Assembly (NCBI GenBank): GCA_963793725.1
Contig: CAWCAY010000002.1
Coordinates: forward strand, 183,196-247,195
Direction of reading: 5' to 3'
Length of the DNA: 64,000 nucleotides
From: an uncultured bacterium
GTDB lineage: Bacteria > JAUVQV01 > CAWCAY01
Below are positions 21,258 through 30,570 of the stretch, piece by piece. The notes below the pieces were generated by a model. The model saw only the letters and a list, made by a program, of their open reading frames with translations. It was not told where the DNA came from and ran no database searches. Within the stretch, counting starts at the first letter, position 1; every line of letters starts with the position of its first letter. The position numbers and the translations under genes are program-made.

Positions 21258-21917
21258 GTGTGGAGTCTATTCGGGAAGCAGTCCGCTGAGGAATTCGAAT
21301 GGCGCGGACCGCACCGCGTCCATGTGGATCAGCCGACCGCACGAGATCTCTTTCGCCGTCATGCCGGTCTCTTCCTTCACCAGCTCTACACACCATCGAG
21401 ACGGCTCGCGGTGCTTTGCATCGGTACCGATCGATCCACCGGGGACTGCCTGGGTCCGCTCATCGGCGCCAGGCTCGCCGGTACGCTCTCCCCAAACGTC
21501 ATGGTATGCGGGACGCTCGACCAGCCCGTGCATGCAGTGAACCTTGGGGAAGCCATGGATGGCTTGCACTCCTGGACGCAGAATCCGTTCATCATCGCCA
21601 TCGATGCCTGTCTTGGCCGGACCGAAAGTGTCGGCTACATCAGTCTAAAAGAAGGTCCGCTGCAGCCAGGGACGGGCGTGAACAAGACCCTCCCGCCGGT
21701 CGGGGATTTCCACGTCATCGGGATCGTCAATGTCGGCGGTTTCATGGAGTACCTGGTTCTCCAGAACACGCGGCTGTCGTTGGTCATGCGGATGGCGGAG
21801 ATCATCGCCGACGGCTTGCGCGACGTGATCGATACCATTCTGGGTGCGGGTTCTCCGACCGAGGCCGCGCCGTCGATCGCCGTGGCGGAAACGGCGGTAA
21901 GCCTGCCAAGTAACTAG
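21258..21917 (+). CDS. yyaC: Spore protease YyaC
   Basis: CIGTDRSTGDCLGP, PVHAVNL, IDACLG and LQNTRL motifs. Confidence 0.92.
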   Translation: MWSLFGKQSAEEFEWRGPHRVHVDQPTARDLFRRHAGLFLHQLYTPSRRLAVLCIGTDRSTGDCLGPLIGARLAGTLSPNVMVCGTLDQPVHAVNLGEAMDGLHSWTQNPFIIAIDACLGRTESVGYISLKEGPLQPGTGVNKTLPPVGDFHVIGIVNVGGFMEYLVLQNTRLSLVMRMAEIIADGLRDVIDTILGAGSPTEAAPSIAVAETAVSLPSN

Positions 21918-21930
21918 GAATGATTTTGGT

Positions 21931-22317
21931 CTAAGGGACTTTTCGCATCGCCGGTTTTGCCTCTTCGACATCATCCCCACGCAGTTCGTCAAGATGCTCC
22001 CTTATGATGCGGGCCCATTCATTCATCTTGCTCTTACGGCAGATTTGGGCGAGTGTTCTGAGCCTGTACTCACCGCCGTCCTCCGCATAGACGATACCGT
22101 CGTGGATCCTGATCTCGACGGCGTTCCCCTGGAAGTAGCGGCTGACCTCGCGCTCGAAGGCGTCAAACTGGCCTGGTGTGAGAAAATCCGCCCAGACCGG
22201 CACGGTACCATCGATGTCGTAACCGATCGCCCGCAGCACGGGGCGGTAGAGAAGCAGAGCGGCCAGCGCCAGGACGAACACCGTGGTACCAATCGCACGC
22301 TTCAAACGTTCCCCCAT
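21931..22317 (-). CDS. Hypothetical membrane-anchored protein
   Basis: GGAGGAGG RBS; N-terminal transmembrane helix; no family recognised. Confidence 0.6.
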   Translation of the reverse strand: MGERLKRAIGTTVFVLALAALLLYRPVLRAIGYDIDGTVPVWADFLTPGQFDAFEREVSRYFQGNAVEIRIHDGIVYAEDGGEYRLRTLAQICRKSKMNEWARIIREHLDELRGDDVEEAKPAMRKVP

Positions 22318-22363
22318 CCTTCCAACCTCCTCCAGTCTGCACCTGCGGACGCTCATCTCACCA

Positions 22364-22502
22364 CAAAACCGATTACTCGCGCAAAGACGCAAAGATCCGC
22401 CAAGAAGAGCTTCAAAGATTGTAGGCTATAGGGCTTTTCCTACACCTTTGCGTCCTTGGCGTCTTTGCGCGAGGCGATCTTTCGGGTTCTTTACATCGCT
22501 TC
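22364..22502. mobile_element. MITE-like cassette (CGCAAAGACGCAAAG cargo type), left end eroded
   Basis: CTCGCGCAAAGACGC...GCGTCTTTGCGCGAG inverted repeat; right end TTCTTTACATCGCTTC; similar to 63031-63180. Confidence 0.7.
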
Positions 22503-24278
22503 CAGTACCCCAAGGACATACTCGAGATTCTCGCGGGAATTCGCCTTGTCCGGGTAAATCTGCAGGGCGCTGCGATAGCACTGGGCCGCCCTTTCCAGCT
22601 CCCCTTGGTGCTGGAAGATGCACCCCAGGTTATGATAAGCCTCGGCGAATGCGGGGTTGAGGGAGAGCGCCCGGTCATATTCCTCAATGGCCCGGGCAAA
22701 CTCACCGCTCATGGTCAAGACCACGCCCATATCATAATGCGCCTTGGCCGAATCGGGTTTCATCATGACGTAGTTGGCCAAGAGCCGTTTGGCGCGCTCG
22801 TAGTCTCCCTGTTCAGCCAGGATGAGTCCGAGATTCAGATGAGAATCGGGCCAGTCCGGCTTGATCTCGATGGCTTTCTGGTAGTGGCGGGCCGCTTCTT
22901 CGGGCCTCCCTTGCTGGTACAGGAGGATGCCCATTACATGGTGCGGCAGATGATATTCAGGGCTGGTCGCCAGCCACTGCCTGGTAAAGACGAGGTCGTT
23001 ACGGAAGTAACGTGCACGGTTGATGGTGAAAACGGCGCAGATCGAGACCAGGATCAGGCCGGCACCCACGAGGATCCTCTTGGCGCGCTCCCTGGTCCAG
23101 ACACAGCCGGCCAGCCCGCCGGCAATCCCGATCACGGCTACCATGGGTAAAAAGACATAACGTTCTTCGAAGAACACATCCTGGGCGACGATGTTCGCCG
23201 TCGGCAGCATGGTGCAGATGAACCACCCAAGCCAGAACCAGGTCGTCCTGCGCCTGGCCGGCCAATGCCGCGCGGTCAAGATGGCGAGTAGGATAACGGC
23301 CAGACCGGCCAGAACGAGCCGCGGCCATTGGAGCCACGTGTCCACAGACATCGGTTCGTAAACCAGGGCGAAGAAGGGCGCGACAATCGATTGCAGCGCG
23401 TAGACCGGGCTCAGGAGCGGTATGGTCAGGTCGGTAAAACTATTGAGGTTCAGTTCGCGACCGCTGAACAAAGAGAGACGAACGAGGAGATAAACGGCAT
23501 AAACGGCCACGATGCCGCCGTAACGTCGAACCCATCCGGCAATGCTCCTTCCCGGGGAGTCTGCCGAGAGCTTGAGGAGATCAGCCAGGACCAAGAGGAC
23601 AATAACCACGACGGACTGCTCCTTGCTGAAGAGGGCCAATGCCAGCATGGACACTGCCGCGAGATGCCATTTCCAGCCCGACCGCAGGAACGCGTAAACC
23701 GTGGCAATGGTGAAGAGCCCGGGCAGGATGGTTTCCCTCCCCGAAGCGATCGGGTACACGCAGGAGGAGGCGATTGGGTGCACGGCATACAGTGCCGCCG
23801 CGAGCAGAGCCGGCGTGCGAGGAACGCCGAAGACGGGCAGGCGAAGTAGGGCATAAAGCGCTAAAGCGGTCAAGCCCATAAGGATGGCGTTGAGCAGGTG
23901 AAAAGGCCCGGGGTTATCGCCGTGCATCGTCTTCTGCAGGAGGAAGGTCATCCTGGCCACCGGGCGATAATATGGCAGGATGGGATCATGCGGCTCCGCA
24001 AAGACCCGGGCCACATCACTCAGAGAAGTCAGAGGGCTCTGCTTGTTGATAATGTTGTGGTCATCGTAGACGAACTCATTGCCGAGCGAAACGGAATAGA
24101 TCGTCACGATGAAAAGGAAAAGCGCGAGCGCGCCGCCGAGGCGTGGAAGGAGTCCGGTTGCATAGGACGGCTTTCTACCCGGGGATGGTCCGCCGCGCCC
24201 TGGCTTAGGCAAGCCCATCAACTCCTCATAAGGCGGGTGGTGATCGACCCAGAAAGAGTTCGGCAAGATCCGCGCCAA
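22491..24278 (-). CDS. TMTC-like GT-C protein (putative protein O-mannosyltransferase) with C-terminal TPRs
   Basis: FVYDD, YYRP, HP...V..I.GR, LFSKE and ERYVFLP motifs; about four TPR repeats. Confidence 0.8.
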   Translation of the reverse strand: MARILPNSFWVDHHPPYEELMGLPKPGRGGPSPGRKPSYATGLLPRLGGALALFLFIVTIYSVSLGNEFVYDDHNIINKQSPLTSLSDVARVFAEPHDPILPYYRPVARMTFLLQKTMHGDNPGPFHLLNAILMGLTALALYALLRLPVFGVPRTPALLAAALYAVHPIASSCVYPIASGRETILPGLFTIATVYAFLRSGWKWHLAAVSMLALALFSKEQSVVVIVLLVLADLLKLSADSPGRSIAGWVRRYGGIVAVYAVYLLVRLSLFSGRELNLNSFTDLTIPLLSPVYALQSIVAPFFALVYEPMSVDTWLQWPRLVLAGLAVILLAILTARHWPARRRTTWFWLGWFICTMLPTANIVAQDVFFEERYVFLPMVAVIGIAGGLAGCVWTRERAKRILVGAGLILVSICAVFTINRARYFRNDLVFTRQWLATSPEYHLPHHVMGILLYQQGRPEEAARHYQKAIEIKPDWPDSHLNLGLILAEQGDYERAKRLLANYVMMKPDSAKAHYDMGVVLTMSGEFARAIEEYDRALSLNPAFAEAYHNLGCIFQHQGELERAAQCYRSALQIYPDKANSRENLEYVLGVLEAM

Positions 24279-24370
24279 TCCCTTCCATCACCGCCCTCCT
24301 TACTAAAGCCCACTTCCAGCCTATTTGCCGTGTCTGCCTACGAAGGTGGCGCCGAATCCCGTAATCACGC

Positions 24371-25402
24371 CTATTTGGGCGTGGAGACCAGACTGTAGGT
24401 GCCGCGCAGGGTCAGGTCGACGGTCAACGCCTTGTTGGTCTGCGGCATGGCCGCCGTCATCATGCCCCTTAACTCCTGCTTGATGTCGGCTTTGGTGATC
24501 CAGCCGTCGGCCTCCCTAATCTCGATCACGCCTGCCTGCCGGCCCTTTAGTACGGTCTCAATGGTATCATCGGCCGATACGGTCCGCACCGGGGCTTTGA
24601 CCGATTCCATCACCGATCTGACTTCGATAACGGCCATGCCCTGCCGGCGGGCGGTCAGGGTGTATGTATTCTCCATCAAGAGGAGAATGCCGTTGGCGTA
24701 GGTGCTACCGACGGACTGCCACGAATCGCCGATATGTACCGGGGCGCTTGGATAGGGACGCGCCACGCTACCCGAAGGAAAACCGTCTTCGGGGACCCTT
24801 GCCTGCTCGAGGTTATCGCGCAGTTCTTCGCGGTCACTTTCCTTCAGGCCGAGCCGCTCGGCCACGCGTTCGATCAGCTCGTCCCACCCCTCGACCCTGA
24901 CCGGTATGCCGAAGGGATCGACTCTCACCGCGTATCCGTCGCCGATCATTGCTGCCAGCGATGCATACTGCCCGGGTGGCAATGTCACCGGGTCGGTCGT
25001 GTCCAGCCTCGTTGTCAGTGACATCCCCGAGAGGGACATATCTGCGAGTAATGACACAAAGGTCAGTCCTAGCTCGGCACGGCCGTCGGCATCGATCCCC
25101 CGGACATCGACCCGGGTGATCGCGCCCAGCCGAGTATCGATGGTACTCAGCAGCCCCGAGAGCCCTTGGGCCTCCTCCTCCAGGTCCTCATCCTCGTCCG
25201 GTTCTTCGAGGTCCATCTCCATGGAGAGCGTAATGTTCTCGCGCTGGATGAAAACCTGCCCCGGCGTGGGATGAAACGCCAGTGTGATTCCCTGCTCCTC
25301 GGCGCCGGTCGCCGGGAAGCACGCCGGTACCGCCAGCAGGAGTATCAGGATCACCGCCATACGTGCCGCTTTTATGATAACTCCTCCTTTGTCCTGCGCC
25401 AT
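24371..25402 (-). CDS. Exported beta-rich protein, DUF6263-like
   Basis: Signal peptide; YPSAPVHIGDSW and G.I.I..ADGWI motifs. Confidence 0.6.
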   Translation of the reverse strand: MAQDKGGVIIKAARMAVILILLLAVPACFPATGAEEQGITLAFHPTPGQVFIQRENITLSMEMDLEEPDEDEDLEEEAQGLSGLLSTIDTRLGAITRVDVRGIDADGRAELGLTFVSLLADMSLSGMSLTTRLDTTDPVTLPPGQYASLAAMIGDGYAVRVDPFGIPVRVEGWDELIERVAERLGLKESDREELRDNLEQARVPEDGFPSGSVARPYPSAPVHIGDSWQSVGSTYANGILLLMENTYTLTARRQGMAVIEVRSVMESVKAPVRTVSADDTIETVLKGRQAGVIEIREADGWITKADIKQELRGMMTAAMPQTNKALTVDLTLRGTYSLVSTPK

Positions 25403-25411
25403 GACCTGGCA

Positions 25412-26383
25412 TTACTTGGACAGGCTCTCCGTCAACGCATAGGTCAAATCGATCGTCACCGTGAGCGGCACTTCCGTGCCCAGACGTACCGTCCGTCCGG
25501 AAAGCTCCATCTGATAGCGACCCCGTACAGGCCAGCCGTTTCTCCGGGATACCTCGGCTTCTCCGCGTAGGCTGCCCGAGACCCGCAAGTCGCTCTCCAT
25601 CAGCTGTCCATTGATGTTGGTTTTTTGGTGCATCCCGGCTTCCACCGAACCTTCGACTGTCAGGCGATAGAAGAGCCGCTCCGCTTCCACGAGCTGCCAT
25701 CTGCCCGGGCCTGTCAAAGGGAGCGTACCATTTGACAGCGCAAGGTTAACCGTCCATGGTTCCCCGATCCGCATGGACCGACCTGGGTACTGCGGCAGGA
25801 TGCCGCATACTACCTGGGCCAAGTTTTTCGCGGTCGTTTGGTCTGTGGGCGCCAGAACACTGGCCAGCATTTCGAGAAAAGCGGTGGGATCCGTGTCATT
25901 GATCCCCGACAGCCTGGACGGCGTGGTGGAACCCTTTGGCTTGCTGAAGACATATGACAGCGAGGGATCAGGCCCGGCCGGGAGCATGGTTAGGTCAAAA
26001 CCGCTCCCTACCAGGGACCGGTAGCGTCGATAAAGGTGGGCGGCGCTTTTCTTTTGATCTGCCGTATCAAATGCCAGGTCCTCAAAAGGCGTGGCCACCG
26101 TCCCACTGACCGCGGCCAGCTCCGCCCGGACCTTCCATGACGCTTCAGTTGAGGCGGGCTTGACGATGCCGCTCACGGCCAATGTCTCACGCCGCTCCAC
26201 CGGACAGCCCGCCACGTCCTGCCTGTAGGTGGTGGCGATCTCGATCCGCAACTGACGCGTCTCCTCGGTGGGCCGATAACGCGGATTGCCGGACTTATAA
26301 ACCCAGGCATGCCCGAGAACGCAGACCGCGACCAACAGGACCGCCGTCAGCCTGAATGTCCGTCTCTTCAAACTCATCCCCAC
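25412..26383 (-). CDS. Exported beta-rich protein, DUF6263-like paralogue
   Basis: YPGRSMRIGEPW and GEAEVSRRNGW; same layout as the neighbouring gene. Confidence 0.55.
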   Translation of the reverse strand: MGMSLKRRTFRLTAVLLVAVCVLGHAWVYKSGNPRYRPTEETRQLRIEIATTYRQDVAGCPVERRETLAVSGIVKPASTEASWKVRAELAAVSGTVATPFEDLAFDTADQKKSAAHLYRRYRSLVGSGFDLTMLPAGPDPSLSYVFSKPKGSTTPSRLSGINDTDPTAFLEMLASVLAPTDQTTAKNLAQVVCGILPQYPGRSMRIGEPWTVNLALSNGTLPLTGPGRWQLVEAERLFYRLTVEGSVEAGMHQKTNINGQLMESDLRVSGSLRGEAEVSRRNGWPVRGRYQMELSGRTVRLGTEVPLTVTIDLTYALTESLSK

Positions 26384-26479
26384 CCCATCGCGAAATGTAC
26401 CGGGGCATTGTACGCCGGATCAATAGATGCTTTTTATTACCAACTTATGCAAGATTCGACTGCGGAATGGTCTTTCCTG

Positions 26480-26640
26480 CCGGGATTGGATGAACCCGGT
26501 TCTTTTGCCATCGTAAGGGATTATCTCGAATGTGCCGCTGTATCCTCTGCAATTCTTCATGGCTATGGTTTATGTGCTCATGGTACCTGGATTGCCACAC
26601 AAATGAAATATCCCCTGCCAAATGGACAAACCTTTCCCCC
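26480..26640 (-). pseudogene. C-terminal remnant of a REP-associated tyrosine (RAYT/Y1 HUH) transposase
   Basis: FVWQSRYHEHI..HEELQRIQRHIRDNPLRW resembles WQ..Y.EHIIR...YI..NP.RW; the catalytic Tyr position is H; the N-terminal HUH motif is absent. Confidence 0.65.
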
Positions 26641-26699
26641 CCATCCATCGTCCATACTTCCAGAAACCACAAAAACAACCGGTAGGGAAGGTGGAAGAC

Positions 26700-27620
26700 A
26701 TGTCCCGTCGCCTCTCCCCCATTCGTCCTTTCGCCGCCCTCGTGCTATGCCTCGCCCTGGCCATTCCGGCCTTGGCCGGCGCCGCCGCCGAAAACAAGTT
26801 CCACCCCCCGCCCGGGGTAGAGTACCTCACCGGTGTCCAGTTCGGCCTGGGCGGCGGCCGGCCGCTCCGCATGGAGATCCTCCGGCCCCAGGCGGCTTCG
26901 GCCAAACCGCTGCCCGTCCTGGTCTTCGTGCACGGCGGCGGCTGGCGGAGCGGCGATCGCTTCGGCCACCTGCGCCAGCTGGCGCCCTTCGTGCAAAAGG
27001 GGTATCTCTGCGCCAGCATCGAGTACCGCCTGAGCGGCGAGGCGATCTTCCCCGCCCAGATCGAGGACTGCAAATGCGCCATCCGTTTCCTGCGCGCCCA
27101 GTGCAAGAAGTACAACCTCAATCCGGACAGGATCGGCGTCTGGGGCTCCTCGGCCGGCGGGCACCTCGTGGCCCTGCTGGGCACCTCGGGCGGCGTCGCG
27201 GAACTCGAGGGCACCGGCGGCTGGCCGGAGCAATCCAGCCGGGTCCAGGCCGTCTGCGACTGGTTCGGGCCGGCCGATCTGTTGAACAGTGAGGGACTAC
27301 TGGGCCGGATCCCGGGCGGGCCGGGCTCGCCCGAAGCCTTGCTCCTCGGCGGGCCGGTCGCCGAACGACAAGAGCTGGCCGCCATGGCCAGCCCCGTCAC
27401 GTATGTCTCCGCGGATGACCCGCCCTTCCTGATCATGCACGGCGATCGGGACAGGACGGTGCCGTTTCACCAAAGCGAACTCCTCCACGCGGCGCTGAAA
27501 AAAGCCGGTGTGGATGTGACCTTCATCCCAATCCCCGGCGCGGGACACGGATTCGGGCCATCGCCGGAGATCACGAGGGCCGTGGAGGAATTCTTCGCAA
27601 AACATCTGGAAGCGATGTAA
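26700..27620 (+). CDS. Exported alpha/beta hydrolase (esterase)
   Basis: HGGGW, GSSAGG and HGDRD..VP..GAGHG motifs; signal peptide. Confidence 0.9.
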   Translation: MSRRLSPIRPFAALVLCLALAIPALAGAAAENKFHPPPGVEYLTGVQFGLGGGRPLRMEILRPQAASAKPLPVLVFVHGGGWRSGDRFGHLRQLAPFVQKGYLCASIEYRLSGEAIFPAQIEDCKCAIRFLRAQCKKYNLNPDRIGVWGSSAGGHLVALLGTSGGVAELEGTGGWPEQSSRVQAVCDWFGPADLLNSEGLLGRIPGGPGSPEALLLGGPVAERQELAAMASPVTYVSADDPPFLIMHGDRDRTVPFHQSELLHAALKKAGVDVTFIPIPGAGHGFGPSPEITRAVEEFFAKHLEAM

Positions 27621-27747
27621 AAAGCATCAAGGTTGCCACGGCGGCTCAGAACCGCCGTGACCTAACCATCCCCTCCCGAAGCGGGAAGGGGAGCCAATGA
27701 GCAGTACCTGTTTTCGTACGCGTTCTCTGGAAACGGTGTGAAGAGCC
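27609..27747. mobile_element. MITE-like cassette (GTTGCCACGGCGG cargo type) plus the start of a second end
   Basis: Left end GAAGCGATGTAAAAA; cargo matches the reverse complement of about 10963-11002. Confidence 0.6.
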
Positions 27748-27766
27748 TGAATTGCCGGTAGGGATA

Positions 27767-27796
27767 AAGAGAAGGCGGGATCTCCCGCCTCTCTCC
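27767..27796. terminator. Hairpin terminator between convergent genes
   Basis: GAGAAGGCGGGA-TC-TCCCGCCTCTCTC. Confidence 0.55.
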
Positions 27797-27810
27797 GTTT
27801 CGATTGCTCC

Positions 27811-28470
27811 TTACCCGATGAACTGCTGTACCAGCATCTTGCCATACGGACCGCCGTCAATGACCCCAATACCGATCTGGGTGAAGCTGGCATTGAGGAT
27901 GTTGGCCCGGTGTCCCGGTGAGTTCATCCAGCCGCGCATCGCGGCCTCGGCGGAACGCTGGCCGGCGATGTTCTCCCCCGCGTAGCGGTAGGAGATCCCG
28001 GCCCGCTTCATCTGATCGAACGGGCTGCCCAGCGTGGGTGACTGGTGGCTGAAGTAGCCGTGATCGATCATATCCTGCGCCTTGGCTCTTGCCGTCTGGA
28101 CCACCCGGTAGTCGATCCGCAGGGGTGCCAGACCGGCCTTGGCCCTTTCCGCATTCACCTGCTGCAGGACGTAGTTCTCGTCGGCCGTCAGGCCCTGTGC
28201 GGGTGCCGGCGTAGCTGCCGGCGGGGGCGCGGGTGCCGGTACCGGCTTGTCCCAATCCGCCGGTGCTCCGGTCGGTGCCGCCGTTTGGGGCTGGGGCACG
28301 GCCGGCGTAGCGGGTTTGGCTGTCGGACAGGTGCCATTAATCCGTGCCCAATCCGCCAGATCGATCCGCTGGAGGATCTGTTGATTACAGGGCGCCGCGG
28401 CACTGGCCGGGACGGCGACAGCCGCCGTCAATGCCACAACGACAATGAGAATTAACCAATTTTTTCTCAT
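27811..28470 (-). CDS. Secreted CAP (SCP/YkwD-like) domain protein
   Basis: YFSHQSP, AGENIA and WMNSPGHRANIL motifs; Pro/Ala linker; signal peptide. Confidence 0.9.
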   Translation of the reverse strand: MRKNWLILIVVVALTAAVAVPASAAAPCNQQILQRIDLADWARINGTCPTAKPATPAVPQPQTAAPTGAPADWDKPVPAPAPPPAATPAPAQGLTADENYVLQQVNAERAKAGLAPLRIDYRVVQTARAKAQDMIDHGYFSHQSPTLGSPFDQMKRAGISYRYAGENIAGQRSAEAAMRGWMNSPGHRANILNASFTQIGIGVIDGGPYGKMLVQQFIG

Positions 28471-28602
28471 TTGTTACCCCTCCTTTCGGGTACTCGTCAT
28501 GTTATCGGATAATCAGGAGGGAAACAACCCGGTCATGGCTGGGGCCCATGGATGTGGAACGCCTCTAACTACAAGAATCGGGATATTATCCAAAAACGTT
28601 TA

Positions 28603-28832
28603 GAAGCGATGTGAAAAACATTGTCTCCCGCAGAGAGGGCGCGGAGAAGCACTGAAAGAAAAACCTGCTATATCAGCTTTCGTTCATTCCACCTCTGCGT
28701 CTCTGCGCTCGAGAGTAAAACGGGGTTTTTCACATCTCTTAGAAGCGGAGACGATCTCGAAGAACCTTTGAGTCCGTGCCGCCCTAGCCGGGGATGTTGC
28801 GGGGTCTGCCTGACAGAGTTTTCACACCTCTT
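28603..28832. mobile_element. Two tandem MITE-like cassettes
   Basis: TA-GAAGCGATGTGAAAAA...TTTTTCACATCTCT-TA-GAAGCGG...TTTTCACACCTCTT; the first cargo (CGCAGAG/CTCTGCG) resembles 63181-63324. Confidence 0.7.
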
Positions 28833-28849
28833 TTGGGTTCGGAAAAGGA

Positions 28850-28882
28850 AAAGGAGAGACGGCGTACCGTCTCTCCCTTTTT
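28850..28882 (-). terminator. Rho-independent terminator
   Basis: AAAAGGAGAGACGG-CGTA-CCGTCTCTCCCTTTT. Confidence 0.75.
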
Positions 28883-28896
28883 CGAGGCAATCTTCC

Positions 28897-29522
28897 TTAT
28901 CTTCCGATGAACTGTTGGGTCAGCATCTTGCCGTAGGGTCCGCCGTTAATCACGCCGATGCCGATGTGGGTAAAGCTCGCGTTCAGGATATTGGCCTGAT
29001 GGCCGGGGGAGTTCATCCAGGCCTGCATGGCGCCGGCTGCGGTCGAGTTACCCGCGATGTTCTCACCGGCCGTACGGTACGAGATGCCTGCCGCGCGCAT
29101 CTGGTCGAACGGGCTGCCCAGCCTGGGCGATTGGTGGCCGAAGTAGCCGTTCTGGATCATGTCGAGCGACTTGGCCCGGGCCGTCTGCACCAGACTGCTA
29201 TCGACCAGGAGCGATCCGAGTCCCACGTTTGCCCGTTGCACGTTGACCTGCTGGTAAATATAGCCCTCGTCCGCAGTTAGGGTGCCGGTGTTGGCCGGCG
29301 GCGGACTGGGCGGGGTGGGGTCGGCGTTGGCGGCTTGGGCTGCGGTACGGTCGGCGTGCCCGGCTGGGTTACCGGGTAGTAGATCCGCACGATCCGGTAA
29401 CCGGTTCCGGGGTTTACCACCCTGCTAGAGTAGCGGTAGTAGATGGTCTGGGCCATGGCCGGCGCGGCCATGGCGGTCAGGAGCCCGACGATGACCAAGA
29501 AACTGACGAAAACCTTACGCAT
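28897..29522 (-). CDS. Second secreted CAP domain protein (frameshift in the Pro-rich linker)
   Basis: YFGHQSP, AGENIAG and WMNSPGHQANIL motifs; signal peptide in the upstream frame. Confidence 0.85.
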
Positions 29523-29638
29523 GGTACCCCTCCTCCTTGATATGCAACGGCAATTCTCCTATATCCTGGGTTATTGGATCGCCGTTGCCTGGGATACCGT
29601 CATCTTAACAGAATGGAGAGGACGGGCACAATCGGACG

Positions 29639-30544
29639 TTATTGGGACAGAAACCTAGATCTACCTGCGCTTTTCTGCTGGAAGAGGAGTTCCGCCACAC
29701 GCCCGATATGCGCCGGCGTCGTGCCGCAACAGCCTCCGACCAACCCCGCGCCGGCATCGAGGCAGGCGGAGATCCCCCGGGCGAAAGCCTCCGGCGTCAT
29801 ATCAAAAACGGTTTGGCCGTCGACGAGCCTCGGTCGTCCGGCGTTAGGCTGAGCCATAATGGGAAGATAGACCGCCTCCCGCATGATGGCCACGATGGCC
29901 GCCGTCTCGTCCGGCGTCAGGTCACCGCAGTTGGCGCCCACGGCGGCAGCGCCGGCCTCCGCCAGGGCGATGGCTGAATCCCCGGCGGAATTGCCCATGA
30001 TGGTACGGCCGCCTTTATCCGTCGTCTGGAACGAGAGCGACGCCAGCACGGGGGAGTCCGCCGTATCCTTGCAGGCACGGAGGGCGCATAGGGCCTCGCG
30101 CAGGTCCATCATGGTCTCGATGATGAAACCGTCGACGCCCCCGGCGTGAAGGATCGCCGCCTGCTCCTTGAACGTCTCGTAGAACTGGGCCTCCGTATAC
30201 TCGCCGTAGGGTTCGAGCATCTGTCCGGTCGAGCTGATGTCGCCCAGAACGAACTGTTCAGGACCCGCCGCAGCCCTGGCCAGTCTGGCCCCGGCCAGAT
30301 TGACTTCTTTCACATCCACCCCGACCTTGTGCGTCTCGAGATAGATCCGGTTCATCGTCAAGGTGTTCGTGATCAGGAGATCGCAGCCGACGCCGGCGTA
30401 CCGCCGATGGATCGCCAGAACCTCGTCGGGATGGACCAGATTGTTCTGACCGCCCATCTCCAAGCCGGCCGCGGCGAGATTGGTGCCCATCGCGCCGTCT
30501 ATTAGGATTGGTGTTTTCCTCCCAATAAGCTCCGCCAAGGTCAT
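29639..30544 (-). CDS. Stand-alone homocysteine S-methyltransferase domain protein
   Basis: DGAMGT, IETM.D..E, GANC, PNAG.P and GGCCGTTP.HI motifs; GGAGG RBS. Confidence 0.9.
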   Translation of the reverse strand: MTLAELIGRKTPILIDGAMGTNLAAAGLEMGGQNNLVHPDEVLAIHRRYAGVGCDLLITNTLTMNRIYLETHKVGVDVKEVNLAGARLARAAAGPEQFVLGDISSTGQMLEPYGEYTEAQFYETFKEQAAILHAGGVDGFIIETMMDLREALCALRACKDTADSPVLASLSFQTTDKGGRTIMGNSAGDSAIALAEAGAAAVGANCGDLTPDETAAIVAIMREAVYLPIMAQPNAGRPRLVDGQTVFDMTPEAFARGISACLDAGAGLVGGCCGTTPAHIGRVAELLFQQKSAGRSRFLSQ

Positions 30545-30570
30545 TTGGCTATTCCCTCCAAATCGCGCTT

